DNA from: Gilliamella apicola
GTDB lineage: Bacteria; Pseudomonadota; Gammaproteobacteria; Enterobacterales; Orbaceae
DNA length: 64,000 nt
Direction of reading: 5' to 3'
Assembly (NCBI RefSeq): GCF_003202655.1
Contig: NZ_QGLR01000010.1
Coordinates: forward strand, 164,582 to 228,581
Made by a program: the position numbers and the translations under genes. The notes under the pieces are model-generated. The model saw only the letters and a program-made list of their open reading frames with translations, was not told the DNA's origin and did not search any database. How positions within the stretch are numbered: the first letter of the stretch is position 1; each line of letters opens with the position of its first letter. Below, in pieces: positions 43,358 to 52,874 of the stretch.

Positions 43358-44632
43358 AACTGTTTACAAAAACTAGCTCGTTAATAAAAGGCTTATCATT
43401 AGCACTACCCGCTCTCTACTGACCAAACTAAGGGAAAAAAATAAGAATGAAAAAAGGTTGATACCTTACTAGTATTAGCTCGGGAAACCAACAAAAAACT
43501 GGGAACAACGACTGAAATTTCCGAGCAAGATATTCGTCGTGATGGCGGTGATAATTTTGCTAGCATTATGCGTTACCAACCGCTCATTTTCGCGTCATGA
43601 AACATTTCTGGCTCGGATGGCGGCAAAAGCAGTTGGAACCATGGTAGCCTTAGTTGTTGGTGAGGCCAATCTTAAAAAGGAAATCTGTGATAATTTTGAA
43701 ACAGGTTTGATCTGAAATAGTTTTGAAAGAACTGCCAATTGCTGGCATCACCCTTCCATCTTCAGCTTTTACAATAGATATAAAAATTTCATTGCTTATA
43801 CCCGTTATAAAAACGACTTTTGGGCTAGGAGTAATCGCATGGTTTATCTAGCTGAAAACCGAGATAAAGTTTATATTTATGGCTCAGAATTAAGCAGGAA
43901 ATTCAATATCAGCAAGTGGATTGAACCGCCTAACGGCTTATGGAAATAGGTTTAAAGAACTGCCAATTACTGGCGTCACCCTTTCATCTTCAGCTTTTTA
44001 CAATAGATATAAAATTTCATTGCTTATACCCGTTATAAAAACAACTTTTGGGCTAGGAGTAATCGCATGGTTTATCCAGCTGAAAACCAAGATAAAGTTT
44101 ATATTTATGGCTTAGAATTAAGCAGGAAATTCAATATCAGCAAGTGGATTGAATTGCCTAACGGCTTAAGCGTTAGGTTGGCAATTGGTTATAACCAAGA
44201 TAAATCACAAACAAGCTACTTAGCTGATAAATACCTTGAAATGGATTCCATAACACTCATGAAGTGGTTATTGGATTATAGCATGGAATGATGTAAATAA
44301 ATTTCATAGGGTAGCGCTTACTGCCACACTGCAAAAAAGAGAAAAGCCAAAGCGATATTTCGCAAAATTTATCGCAATCAAGGTAAACCACTCCTAATTT
44401 CGACGACGATTATTTGCCAATAGCCGACCATAGCACCGTGGATATAACCGTTAATATCAATATCAGCAAAAATATGAAATTAAGTGGCGGAATCTATAAT
44501 TTTACCGTTCTAAAATATTGGGATTATCTCAGTCGTAATAAATTGTATCTTACTGCCGTCCATAACTATCTATATGTGTTTACCTCGTCAGGTAGAACTT
44601 TTCAGTTAGGTTTGAAGATTGATTATTAATTG
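43358..44632 (+). pseudogene. Decayed TonB-dependent heme receptor gene (hmuR/chuA-like remnant)
   Basis: Fragments in several frames are colinear with the N-terminus (EISEQDIRRDGG..FASIMRYQPL), the middle (VTLSSSAFYN.YK; KVYIYG.ELS..FNISKWIE..NGLS.R.AIGYNQ.KS) and the C-terminus (KLSGGIYNFT..KYWDYLS.NKLY; GRTFQLGLKIDY) of the intact receptor at 45943..48243. The start region has a stop after 12 codons. An internal segment of about 229 bp is tandemly duplicated at 43726..43954 and 43955..44183. Confidence 0.85.
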
Positions 44633-44999
44633 AAAACACCAACAATAACATCTGCAACTTTTGGAGGTGTTTGTTTAAAGTTTATTTTTCGAGTTAAAAA
44701 AGGATTTAAGATTAGTTATAAATAGCCATTTTTTAATAGATTAATCTCCAATGTTAACCATAAAGCTAATTATTGAGATATAAATTGCGACTATTTTTAT
44801 AAAATAACTGTATATTATTTTGCCAAAATATTGATTATAAATTTATTATTTATTTGAAAAAAAGTTTTGTTAGCGTCTTATATTCATCAAGATTGCATCA
44901 AATTATTATCAAATAATCCTATATTTTAGGTTGATAATGGTTCTCATTTTCACTATATTACCCAATCTAAATGGAAAACCATGGTAGGTAAATTAGCTC

Positions 45000-45848
45000 A
45001 TGAAGAAGTTTGTAAAAAAGATTAGCCTATTTTTGCTAATTTTTAGTATCAATAGTCTTATCAACCTTAGTTCAGCAAACCAACGAATTGTTATTGCGGG
45101 TGGATCTTTAACTGAAATTGTCTTTGCATTAGGCGCTGGTGATGAGGTTGTCGGCGTTGATAAAACCAGTAGTTACCCTGAAAAAGTTAAGCAATTGCCA
45201 CAGATCGGCTATTGGAAGTTATTAAATATTGAAGGCGTATTATCACTTAAACCAACCCTATTTATAACTTTAAATGATGTAGAGCCTGATAATGTTATCG
45301 AAAAAGTATCTGAATCTAAAGTAGATGTATTAGCCTTACAACGTGTGCCAGGTACTATTGAACTGTTATATGAAAATATTGGTAAAATTGCCTCTAAATT
45401 GAACAAACAAAAAGAAGGTGAATTATTAATCAACAGAATTAAAACCAATCTTGCCGATATTCAAACTAAAATCGCAACTCACCCGCAAAAAACGAAAGTC
45501 CTATCACTAATGAGTATGAGTGGCACCAATTCGGTAGCCGGCAAAAACACCACCATTGATGCATTAATTGCTATTGCCGGCGGTGAGAATCTAGCAAAAC
45601 ATAATAGTTTCAAAAGCTATACTGCTGAATCAATCATTGCTATTAACCCAGAAGTTATCATCCTAAATAAATATTCGATTGATCAACTTGGTGGATTAGA
45701 CAAAATTGCTACTATTCCGGGGATAACTGAAACAGCTGCATTTAAAAATAATCGTATCACTATTATTGATGATAGTTACTTATTTGGAATTGGTCCACGA
45801 GTTGATGAAGCAGCAAAATTGTTATTCCAAAGCTTTTACCCTGAATAA
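45000..45848 (+). CDS. hmuT: Heme ABC transporter periplasmic substrate-binding protein (copy 2)
   Basis: Signal peptide MKKFVKKISLFLLIFSINSLINLSSA. About 60% identical by eye to copy 1. Confidence 0.85.
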   Translation: MKKFVKKISLFLLIFSINSLINLSSANQRIVIAGGSLTEIVFALGAGDEVVGVDKTSSYPEKVKQLPQIGYWKLLNIEGVLSLKPTLFITLNDVEPDNVIEKVSESKVDVLALQRVPGTIELLYENIGKIASKLNKQKEGELLINRIKTNLADIQTKIATHPQKTKVLSLMSMSGTNSVAGKNTTIDALIAIAGGENLAKHNSFKSYTAESIIAINPEVIILNKYSIDQLGGLDKIATIPGITETAAFKNNRITIIDDSYLFGIGPRVDEAAKLLFQSFYPE

Positions 45849-45942
45849 TGTAGTCCAATAATTTTAATAATATTTTTTATTAATTGAAGCAATAAATGCA
45901 TACATTTGTTATTAAGCATATTAAGTATGAAAGGATATAAAG

Positions 45943-48243
45943 GTGAATTTTAAAAAATTAAAAAAGACAAGTTCATTAGCCATAGGCTTAACATTAGCGT
46001 TACCCGCTCTCGCTACTGATAAGCATAATGATGAAAAAGATATTGACACTATTACAGTAACCGCTCATGAAGCCACCAAAAAACCGGGAATGAATACCGA
46101 AATTTCCGAGCAAGATATTCGCCGTGATGGTGGGACTAATTTTGGTAGCATTATGCGTTATCAACCATTAATTTCGGCACCGGGTAATATTTCTGGCTCA
46201 GGTAGTGGCAAAAGTAGTTGGGACCGTAGTGGCTTTACTGGCTACAATATTCGTGGTTTAGATGCCAACCGAGTATCTATCGACATTGATGGTATGCCTT
46301 TACCTATCGCTCAAGGTCGTGTTAACTCGGTTGGTCGTGCTGGATTTGGATCTTATGGAATTGGTCGCGATTATATTGATACTTATATGTACAATAAAGT
46401 GGATATCGAATCTGGTGCAACTTCAGTAAGTAATGCCAATAATGCTTTAGGTGGTTCGGTTTCCTTCCAAACTAAAACGGCAAGCTATTACCTCTATCCA
46501 GGTAAAACCACCTACTTTGGTTTCCAAAACAACTACGATAGCTCAGACCGTAGTTATCACCAAGGTATAACGATGGCGGCGGGTGATGATTATCTAAATG
46601 GGATTGTGGTGTTAAGTCGCCGAGATGGACAACAAACACGTAATCATGGTGATTCTATTAATAGTTACCCAGAAAATTGGCACTCCAACTCGATTTTAGC
46701 TGGTTTTGGTTGGCAAATGACAGAAGAACATTTAATCAATACTACTGTCGATTACAATAGTAAAACCAAAAATTCTCACTATGATTCATGGGATAGATAC
46801 GGTAAAAAAATCGAATCATATGATCATCAAAGAAGCAAAAACAATCGTTTTAATTTGGCATTCAAAGATCAATGGAAACCGACTAATATCAGTTGGATAG
46901 ATAGCTTAACAACTCAATTAAACTATCAACGTACCAATGTATTTGACGATACTGATCTTCGTCATACTACCAGAGGCAATTTTAATACCCAAACTAACTA
47001 CAATACTAAAGCTTATAACTTTATTACTACCTTAGTAAAAAATTATGAAAACCAAAGATTTAGTGCTGGTTTAAATGGTAAATGGAGTGAAGATGAATCG
47101 CCATTCTTCTCATCAGCTAAGTCACCACATGCCATAGTATTTCCTGATGGTGACTATAGTAAACCACAAGCCGATAGCCGTAGTTATCAGCTAGGCGGAT
47201 TTTTTGAAGATCGTATAAGCTTTAATTTTAATGACAGCAATAATTTTTATTTAGTTCCCGGTGTTAGAGCAGTTTATCAAAATACTAAACCTCGTAACCT
47301 CGAAAATATGTCATTAACCAAACTAAGTAGCAGTCAATTAGGAAAACAGTATAAAGGTAATAGCGATTTTAAAGTGTTACCTTCAATGGCATTTATGTAT
47401 GATATCAACCCTGACTTCACTGCTTATTTACAATACAAACGTGGAGCACAGATGCCTAATCAGAACCAACTATATGGCTCTTACTTAGCACACAGCAACA
47501 TGTATGTCTTAGTTGGCGATTCGAATCTAAAAACTGAAACAAGTGATAATTTTGAATTAGGTTTAAAAGGCCACCCGGTTTCTGGTGTGACCCTCTCATC
47601 TTCAGCGTTTTACAACAAATATAAAAACTTTATTGCCTATACCCGCTATAGGAAAAATTTTGTTGGAATTGGTAATCGTTTAGTTTATCAATCTGAAAAC
47701 CGCGACAAAGCCTATATTTATGGTGCTGAGTTAAGCAGTGAATTCAATATCGGTAAATGGGTTGAATCAGCTAACGGCTTAAGCGCAAGATTTGCAATTG
47801 GTTATAACCAAGGTAAATCTAAGTCAAGCTATTTAGGTGATAAATATGTGGAAATGGATTCGATCGCGCCGATGAAAACTACTGTAGGTTTAGCATGGGA
47901 TGATCCAAATAGAGTTTATGGAGTGGCAGTTACTGCTACATTCCAAAAAGGCAAAAAAGCTGAAGCGACATCTCGTGAGACTTATAATAACGAAGGTACA
48001 CCAATTTCACACTCTAATGACGATTATTTTAGAATTGCGGGGCATGGTATAGTGGATTTAACAAGTTATATTCACATCACCAAGAACGTGAAATTAAATG
48101 GTGGGATCTACAACCTTACCGATCAGAAATATTGGGATTACTTAAGTAATAATAAATTGTATAGCACATCAGATCATAAATATCTAGATATGTTTACTGC
48201 GCCTGGCAGAACATTCCAAGTAGGTTTAGATATTGATTTCTAA
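45943..48243 (+). CDS. TonB-dependent outer-membrane heme/hemoglobin receptor
   Basis: GTG start with an AAGGA RBS. Signal peptide ...ALPALA. TonB box-like DTITVTA. Plug domain and 22-strand barrel length (766 aa). C-terminal terminal-Phe motif (...VGLDIDF). Confidence 0.88.
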   Translation: MNFKKLKKTSSLAIGLTLALPALATDKHNDEKDIDTITVTAHEATKKPGMNTEISEQDIRRDGGTNFGSIMRYQPLISAPGNISGSGSGKSSWDRSGFTGYNIRGLDANRVSIDIDGMPLPIAQGRVNSVGRAGFGSYGIGRDYIDTYMYNKVDIESGATSVSNANNALGGSVSFQTKTASYYLYPGKTTYFGFQNNYDSSDRSYHQGITMAAGDDYLNGIVVLSRRDGQQTRNHGDSINSYPENWHSNSILAGFGWQMTEEHLINTTVDYNSKTKNSHYDSWDRYGKKIESYDHQRSKNNRFNLAFKDQWKPTNISWIDSLTTQLNYQRTNVFDDTDLRHTTRGNFNTQTNYNTKAYNFITTLVKNYENQRFSAGLNGKWSEDESPFFSSAKSPHAIVFPDGDYSKPQADSRSYQLGGFFEDRISFNFNDSNNFYLVPGVRAVYQNTKPRNLENMSLTKLSSSQLGKQYKGNSDFKVLPSMAFMYDINPDFTAYLQYKRGAQMPNQNQLYGSYLAHSNMYVLVGDSNLKTETSDNFELGLKGHPVSGVTLSSSAFYNKYKNFIAYTRYRKNFVGIGNRLVYQSENRDKAYIYGAELSSEFNIGKWVESANGLSARFAIGYNQGKSKSSYLGDKYVEMDSIAPMKTTVGLAWDDPNRVYGVAVTATFQKGKKAEATSRETYNNEGTPISHSNDDYFRIAGHGIVDLTSYIHITKNVKLNGGIYNLTDQKYWDYLSNNKLYSTSDHKYLDMFTAPGRTFQVGLDIDF

Positions 48244-48277
48244 AAGACTAAATTAAAGTTCCATCTTTAACATTAAC

Positions 48278-48298
48278 TAACCCGCATTTTGCGGGTTA
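48278..48298 (+). terminator. Intrinsic terminator after the TonB-dependent receptor gene
   Basis: AACCCGCA-tttt-GCGGGTT hairpin followed by a T-rich tract. Confidence 0.7.
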
Positions 48299-48463
48299 GT
48301 TATTCATACCTACTTCTGAACGCCTTTCCGATATTTAAATTATTGTTAAACATTAAGTTAAGTTATTGTTAAAATAATCCCATAAAATATTACATGTAAT
48401 ATTTACATGTAAGAAGAATGTGTTAATATAAGTCGTATAAAAACTTAAAAACACTAAATTTTT

Positions 48464-49105
48464 ATGAATAAAAGTAAACAAACAAAAAGTTCAGCATTTT
48501 ATCAACAACAATACCGGCAACGCTTAAGAGAACAAGGTTTGATAAAAAAAGAAGTTTGGATTTTACCGGAAAATAGTGATGAGTTACTTGAAATTGAAAA
48601 AGTATTTCGCCAACCAGCTATAGCGAATAAATCTTTTTTTTGCCATGTGAAGGAAAACAATGAAATGAAAAATAGAGATATCTGGAAAATTAATGATCTT
48701 TACCAAGAATTAAAGCAAACTGACTTAGTCAAACAAGGTTTCGCTAGCGTTGAAATGATCGATGGTATCGATGCCTGTTTACATATCATTATGCATGAAT
48801 ATGGTGATTTACCACTTTTTTTAAGTGTTTCAAATCAACAAATAATGGTTGAAGCGCTCCTTTGGCCAGTTTCACTAATTAAAAATCCTTCATCATTTAA
48901 TGAAGAGATTCTATGTGCTAGAAAACTATTTGCTTTATCAACTATAGCAATTGAAAAAACTGGCGATGGTGAAGTTAATTACATTATGTATGGTGCACTG
49001 AGTTCATCATCAACCTTAAACAATATTGTTTATGAGCTTGAAACTTTATCCGACAATGTGATCAAAGCGACTGAAGCTTATGAACATTTTTTCAATATTG
49101 AATAA
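48464..49105 (+). CDS. Hypothetical protein. The C-terminal about 140 aa are possibly YjfI/DUF2170-like. The N-terminal about 60 aa are basic and may be a separate extension or a wrong start.
   Basis: ORF with no RBS at the annotated start. An internal Met (NNEMKNRD) is an alternative start. It lies directly upstream of a PspA/IM30-family gene, as in the E. coli yjfI-yjfJ arrangement. The similarity assignment comes from memory and is not verified. Confidence 0.45.
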   Translation: MNKSKQTKSSAFYQQQYRQRLREQGLIKKEVWILPENSDELLEIEKVFRQPAIANKSFFCHVKENNEMKNRDIWKINDLYQELKQTDLVKQGFASVEMIDGIDACLHIIMHEYGDLPLFLSVSNQQIMVEALLWPVSLIKNPSSFNEEILCARKLFALSTIAIEKTGDGEVNYIMYGALSSSSTLNNIVYELETLSDNVIKATEAYEHFFNIE

Positions 49106-49135
49106 TTAAAGTAAAAATCCTAAAAGGAGTTAATT

Positions 49136-49828
49136 ATGGTTATCTTCAAAAAATTGGTAACAGCATTACGCGGTGGAATAAATGAAGTTGGTGAATCAAT
49201 CGTTGATTCTCAAGCATTACGCATATTAGACCAAGAAATCCGAGATGCTGATGAAGAATTAAAACAAGCAAAAGAATCATTGGCCAGTATCTTAGCAGAA
49301 CAAAAATTAGCTGAAAAACAAGTTGCATCAACACAAGCTCAAATAACTGAATATGAAGCATATGCAATTAAAGCACTGGAAAATAACAATGAAGAATTAG
49401 CTTTGGAAGTCGCTGAAAAACTTTCAGTCCTTGAAAATCAACATGCTAATAATAAAAAACAGGCTGATTATTTTACCGATAGTGTTAAAAATTTGCGACA
49501 AACTATCTCACAATCTGAAATTAATATTCGCAATTTAAAGCAACAAGTTGATATCGTTAAAGCGACGGAAAGTGTCCAAAAAGCCCAATCCGCTGTCGCA
49601 CATCGTTATGGTGGTTCAACAGCTAAATTACATACCGCCCTTGATTCATTAGACAGGATCAAAAAACGCCAAGAGAAAGCAGCTGCTACTTTTGAAGCAA
49701 AAAAAGAGTTAGCAGGAACTGAAAATGCTGATTCACTTGATAGCAAATTAGAAGCGGCAGGTATTAAAGTTGGTAATCAAAATGCGGCATCAATTTTAGC
49801 TAGATTAAAAGAAAAACAGACAAATTAA
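49136..49828 (+). CDS. PspA/IM30 (Vipp1/ESCRT-III-like) family protein, YjfJ-like
   Basis: 230-aa all-helical coiled-coil protein. The N-terminus has the PspA-like pattern (ALRGGINEVGESIVDSQALRILDQEIRDADEELKQAKESLA). Strong AAGGAG RBS. Confidence 0.75.
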   Translation: MVIFKKLVTALRGGINEVGESIVDSQALRILDQEIRDADEELKQAKESLASILAEQKLAEKQVASTQAQITEYEAYAIKALENNNEELALEVAEKLSVLENQHANNKKQADYFTDSVKNLRQTISQSEINIRNLKQQVDIVKATESVQKAQSAVAHRYGGSTAKLHTALDSLDRIKKRQEKAAATFEAKKELAGTENADSLDSKLEAAGIKVGNQNAASILARLKEKQTN

Positions 49829-49925
49829 ATTTTTCGCTTTTTGATATTTTTAAGTTAAAATATCAAAAAACAAGTATAAAATAATTAATTAGTTAAAATA
49901 TTGTTGTCGAGATGAAGGGAATATA

Positions 49926-50576
49926 ATGGAACTATTTTTGGGAATATTTTTTTCTTTTCCCGTGATTATCTTTAGTGCATTGTTAACAATCTGTATCTTA
50001 TATTGGTTTGTTACCGCATTAGGATTATTAACTATTGACTGTCTGGATTTTGATATTAGTGTCACTGATACATGTAGTGATATGCCACCGGCTGGATTCG
50101 GTGGTTTATTAATGAAATATGGCTTCAATGAAGTACCAATGACACTCATTATTACATTAATATCTTTAATTGGCTGGTCAATTTGTTATTTCGCATTTCG
50201 TCTATTAATCCTACCTTTGTATGATCTTACCTTATTTTATTATTTAGCTGGCATAGTACTGTTAATTATCGCATTCATCTTAGCTGTCTACTTGACTGCC
50301 ATTATTATTAAACCAATTCGTCCACTATTTAAAAAGATGTTGATTACCCATAATCATAAATCATTATTAGGACAAGTTATCGAAATTCGTTCAAGTACTG
50401 TAACCAAAACTAAGGGACAAGCTATCTGTGAAGATGGTGGTGCTGGTCTTATTTTGGAAGTAAGATGCGATGAATCTTATCAGTTTAATCGCGGTGATAA
50501 AGCTGTCATCCTCAACTATGATGAAAATACTAATTGTTATGAGATAATTAGCCTAAAAGATTTTAATGGACAATAA
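49926..50576 (+). CDS. NfeD-like membrane protein (YqiJ/DUF1449-like). It has multi-TM helices plus a C-terminal OB-fold beta domain.
   Basis: Four or five hydrophobic helices, then a soluble C-terminal domain (GQVIEIRSSTVTKTKGQAICEDGGAGLILEVRCDE...GDKAVILNYD) typical of NfeD partners of SPFH proteins. Lies immediately upstream of the flotillin gene. Confidence 0.65.
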   Translation: MELFLGIFFSFPVIIFSALLTICILYWFVTALGLLTIDCLDFDISVTDTCSDMPPAGFGGLLMKYGFNEVPMTLIITLISLIGWSICYFAFRLLILPLYDLTLFYYLAGIVLLIIAFILAVYLTAIIIKPIRPLFKKMLITHNHKSLLGQVIEIRSSTVTKTKGQAICEDGGAGLILEVRCDESYQFNRGDKAVILNYDENTNCYEIISLKDFNGQ

Positions 50577-50601
50577 AAGTTAATTTGGAGAAGGAAAAAA
50601 T

Positions 50602-52770
50602 ATGTTTACAAACAATGATACTATAATATACTTTTTGGTAATTGTTGGAAGTTTATTCTTATTAATTGTTGGATTCTTCGTATTATTTAAAGCGTTTTAT
50701 ATAAAAGTTCCGCAAGGTACCGCGCTTATCGTTAATGACATGACGTCAAAACCTAAAGTCCATTTTACTGGAGCATTAGTTTATCCAATCATCTACAAAA
50801 AAGAGTTCATGAAAATTTCGTTGATCACTTTTGATGTAGAACGAAGAGGTAAAGATGGTTTAATTTGTCAAGATAACCTTCGTGCTGATATTTGTGTCGC
50901 TTTCTATTTGCGGGTTAATGAAACCACCGAAGATGTTCTTAAAGTTGCCAAATCAATCGGTGTTGATCGCGCATCAGATCAGAAAGCAGTTAGTACATTA
51001 TTTAGTGCTAAATTTTCAGAAGCATTAAAAACCGTAGGAAAACAATTTGAACTGGCAAAACTATTTGAAGACCGCTTGAATTTCCGTGAACGTATCATTG
51101 ATGTAATTGGCAAAGACCTTAACGGTTATGCCCTTGAAGATGTTGCTATCGATTATTTAGAACAAACTCCAATTAAATCGCTTGATCCGGATAATATTTT
51201 TGATGCCGAAGGTATCAACAAAATTACAGCCATCACTGCTGTCCATAAAGATGAAACTAATAAACGTGAACGTGACTTAGAGCTGGCGCTGAAAAAGAAA
51301 GATACGGAAACTATCGAAGCCAAACTTGAACTTGAACGACAACAAGCTGACGCTGAAGCTCGTCAAAAACGTGAAATTGAAACAATTCGAGCCAGAGAAG
51401 CCGCTGAAACATTGAAAGTCCAAGAAGAAGAACGTTTAAAAGCGGAACAAGCTAGAATTCAAACCCAACAAGAAATTGAAGTAAGAGAGGAAAATCGCTT
51501 ACGTGAAGTTGAGGTTGCCCAAAACAATCGCCTAAGAGCAATCGCGATTGAAGAAGAACGGGTTACTCGTGCTCGTTCACTTGAAATCGTAGCTCGTGAA
51601 CGTGAAGTAGAGCTACAACGAATTGAAAAAGACAAAGTGCTAGAAGAAGAAAAAAAACAGATAGCCAATGTTATTCGTGAACGTATAGCGGTTGAGAAAA
51701 CAGTTGCCGTTGAAGAAGAACACATTAAAGAAGTACGTGAAGTTTCCAAAGCCGATCGAGAAAAACAGACTACGATTATTGTAGCAGAAGCTAGAGCAGA
51801 ACAAGAGCTGGTTAAACAAGTAAAACAAGCTGAAGCAGATGAACAATCATCAAAACATCGTGCGGTTGAAATTAGCATTATGGCACAAGCTGAATTAGAA
51901 GCCGCGGCAAAACAAGCCGAAGCGAAAAAACAACTGGCTCAAGGTATCGAAGCCGAAGAAGCAGCAATTGGTCTGGCTGAAGCTAAAGTTCGTAAAGCAG
52001 CAGCTGAAGCTGAAGAAAAAGAAGGCTTAGTCAAAGCTAATATTACCGCTGAAACCTTATTAGCAGAAGCCAAAGGTAATCAAGAAATAGGTTTAGCAGA
52101 AGCCAAAGTAATTGAAGCTAAAGCTATTGCTATTGAAAAAGAAGGTTTAGTTAAAGCCAACATTACCGCTGAAACATTATTAGCAGAAGCAAGAGGTAAT
52201 CAAGAAAAAGGTTTTGCAGAAGCCAAAGTAATTGAAGCCAAAGCCAATGCTATTGAAAAACAAGGTTTAACTGAAGCAAAAGTACTAGAAGAAAAACTTT
52301 CTGCTCAAGCTCGTGGTGAAGCATTAGTCATTCGTGAAAAATTAACTGCCGAAGCTAATGGGTTAGTTGAGAAGTTCCAAGCAATGGGTAACATGAATGA
52401 ACAATCACAAAATCATGAAGAGTTCCGCTTAGCACTTGAAAAAGGCTTTGAACAAGCTATGGCTGCGATTGCTGCTAACAAAGAGATCGCTAGAGAACAA
52501 GCTGATGTTCTTGCTGCGGCATTCAGTAAGGCAAATATTGAAATTGTCGGTGGTAATGATAACTTCTTCAATAGCTTCTCGAAAGCTATCAGCGTTGGTA
52601 AAGCGATTGAAGGAACTGTTAACCAAAGTCCAGTACTGCAATCAGCATTACAATCAGTACTAGCTCGCTTATCGGGAAACAAAAAAATCAATTTAAAAGA
52701 GACGTTGCAAAACACTGATTTAAAAGCGTTAGCACAACAATTTTTGTCATCCGATAATGAGAATGAGTAA
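50602..52770 (+). CDS. SPFH/band-7 flotillin-like protein (YqiK/FloT-like) with a long repetitive coiled-coil (EA-rich) C-terminal region
   Basis: N-terminal TM anchor, an SPFH domain (KVPQGTALIVNDMTSKP..., LITFDVERRGKDGLICQDNLRADICVAFYLRV) and about 450 aa of E/A/K/R-rich coiled coil. An in-frame 117-nt tandem duplication lies at 52021..52254. Confidence 0.85.
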   Translation: MFTNNDTIIYFLVIVGSLFLLIVGFFVLFKAFYIKVPQGTALIVNDMTSKPKVHFTGALVYPIIYKKEFMKISLITFDVERRGKDGLICQDNLRADICVAFYLRVNETTEDVLKVAKSIGVDRASDQKAVSTLFSAKFSEALKTVGKQFELAKLFEDRLNFRERIIDVIGKDLNGYALEDVAIDYLEQTPIKSLDPDNIFDAEGINKITAITAVHKDETNKRERDLELALKKKDTETIEAKLELERQQADAEARQKREIETIRAREAAETLKVQEEERLKAEQARIQTQQEIEVREENRLREVEVAQNNRLRAIAIEEERVTRARSLEIVAREREVELQRIEKDKVLEEEKKQIANVIRERIAVEKTVAVEEEHIKEVREVSKADREKQTTIIVAEARAEQELVKQVKQAEADEQSSKHRAVEISIMAQAELEAAAKQAEAKKQLAQGIEAEEAAIGLAEAKVRKAAAEAEEKEGLVKANITAETLLAEAKGNQEIGLAEAKVIEAKAIAIEKEGLVKANITAETLLAEARGNQEKGFAEAKVIEAKANAIEKQGLTEAKVLEEKLSAQARGEALVIREKLTAEANGLVEKFQAMGNMNEQSQNHEEFRLALEKGFEQAMAAIAANKEIAREQADVLAAAFSKANIEIVGGNDNFFNSFSKAISVGKAIEGTVNQSPVLQSALQSVLARLSGNKKINLKETLQNTDLKALAQQFLSSDNENE

Positions 52771-52811
52771 GTTACTATCTCAATAGTTATTTATTCAACG
52801 ACCAATCGGTT

Positions 52812-52838
52812 TTAGGTAGGATTAAATGCCTACCTAAA
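52812..52838 (+). promoter_or_regulatory. Stem-loop between the flotillin gene and the giant AAA+ gene. It may be a partial terminator or attenuator.
   Basis: TTAGGTAGG-attaaatgc-CCTACCTAA, a 9-bp perfect stem with no strong T-run. Confidence 0.4.
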
Positions 52839-52874
52839 CGTTAAGTATTTGAGTATCATTTCAACGAGTAAAAC

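Noticed and set aside
43921-44629. Short plus-strand ORFs (43921..44115, 44067..44291, 44414..44629) as independent genes.
   Set aside because: They are colinear fragments of a decayed TonB-dependent receptor in different frames. They are reported together as one pseudogene, not as separate CDSs.
51459-52715. Several minus- and plus-strand ORFs inside the flotillin gene (51459..51878, 51640..51846, 52413..52715, 52429..52663).
   Set aside because: They are artefacts of the GAA/GCT-rich repetitive coiled-coil coding sequence. The flotillin frame is the only one with domain coherence.
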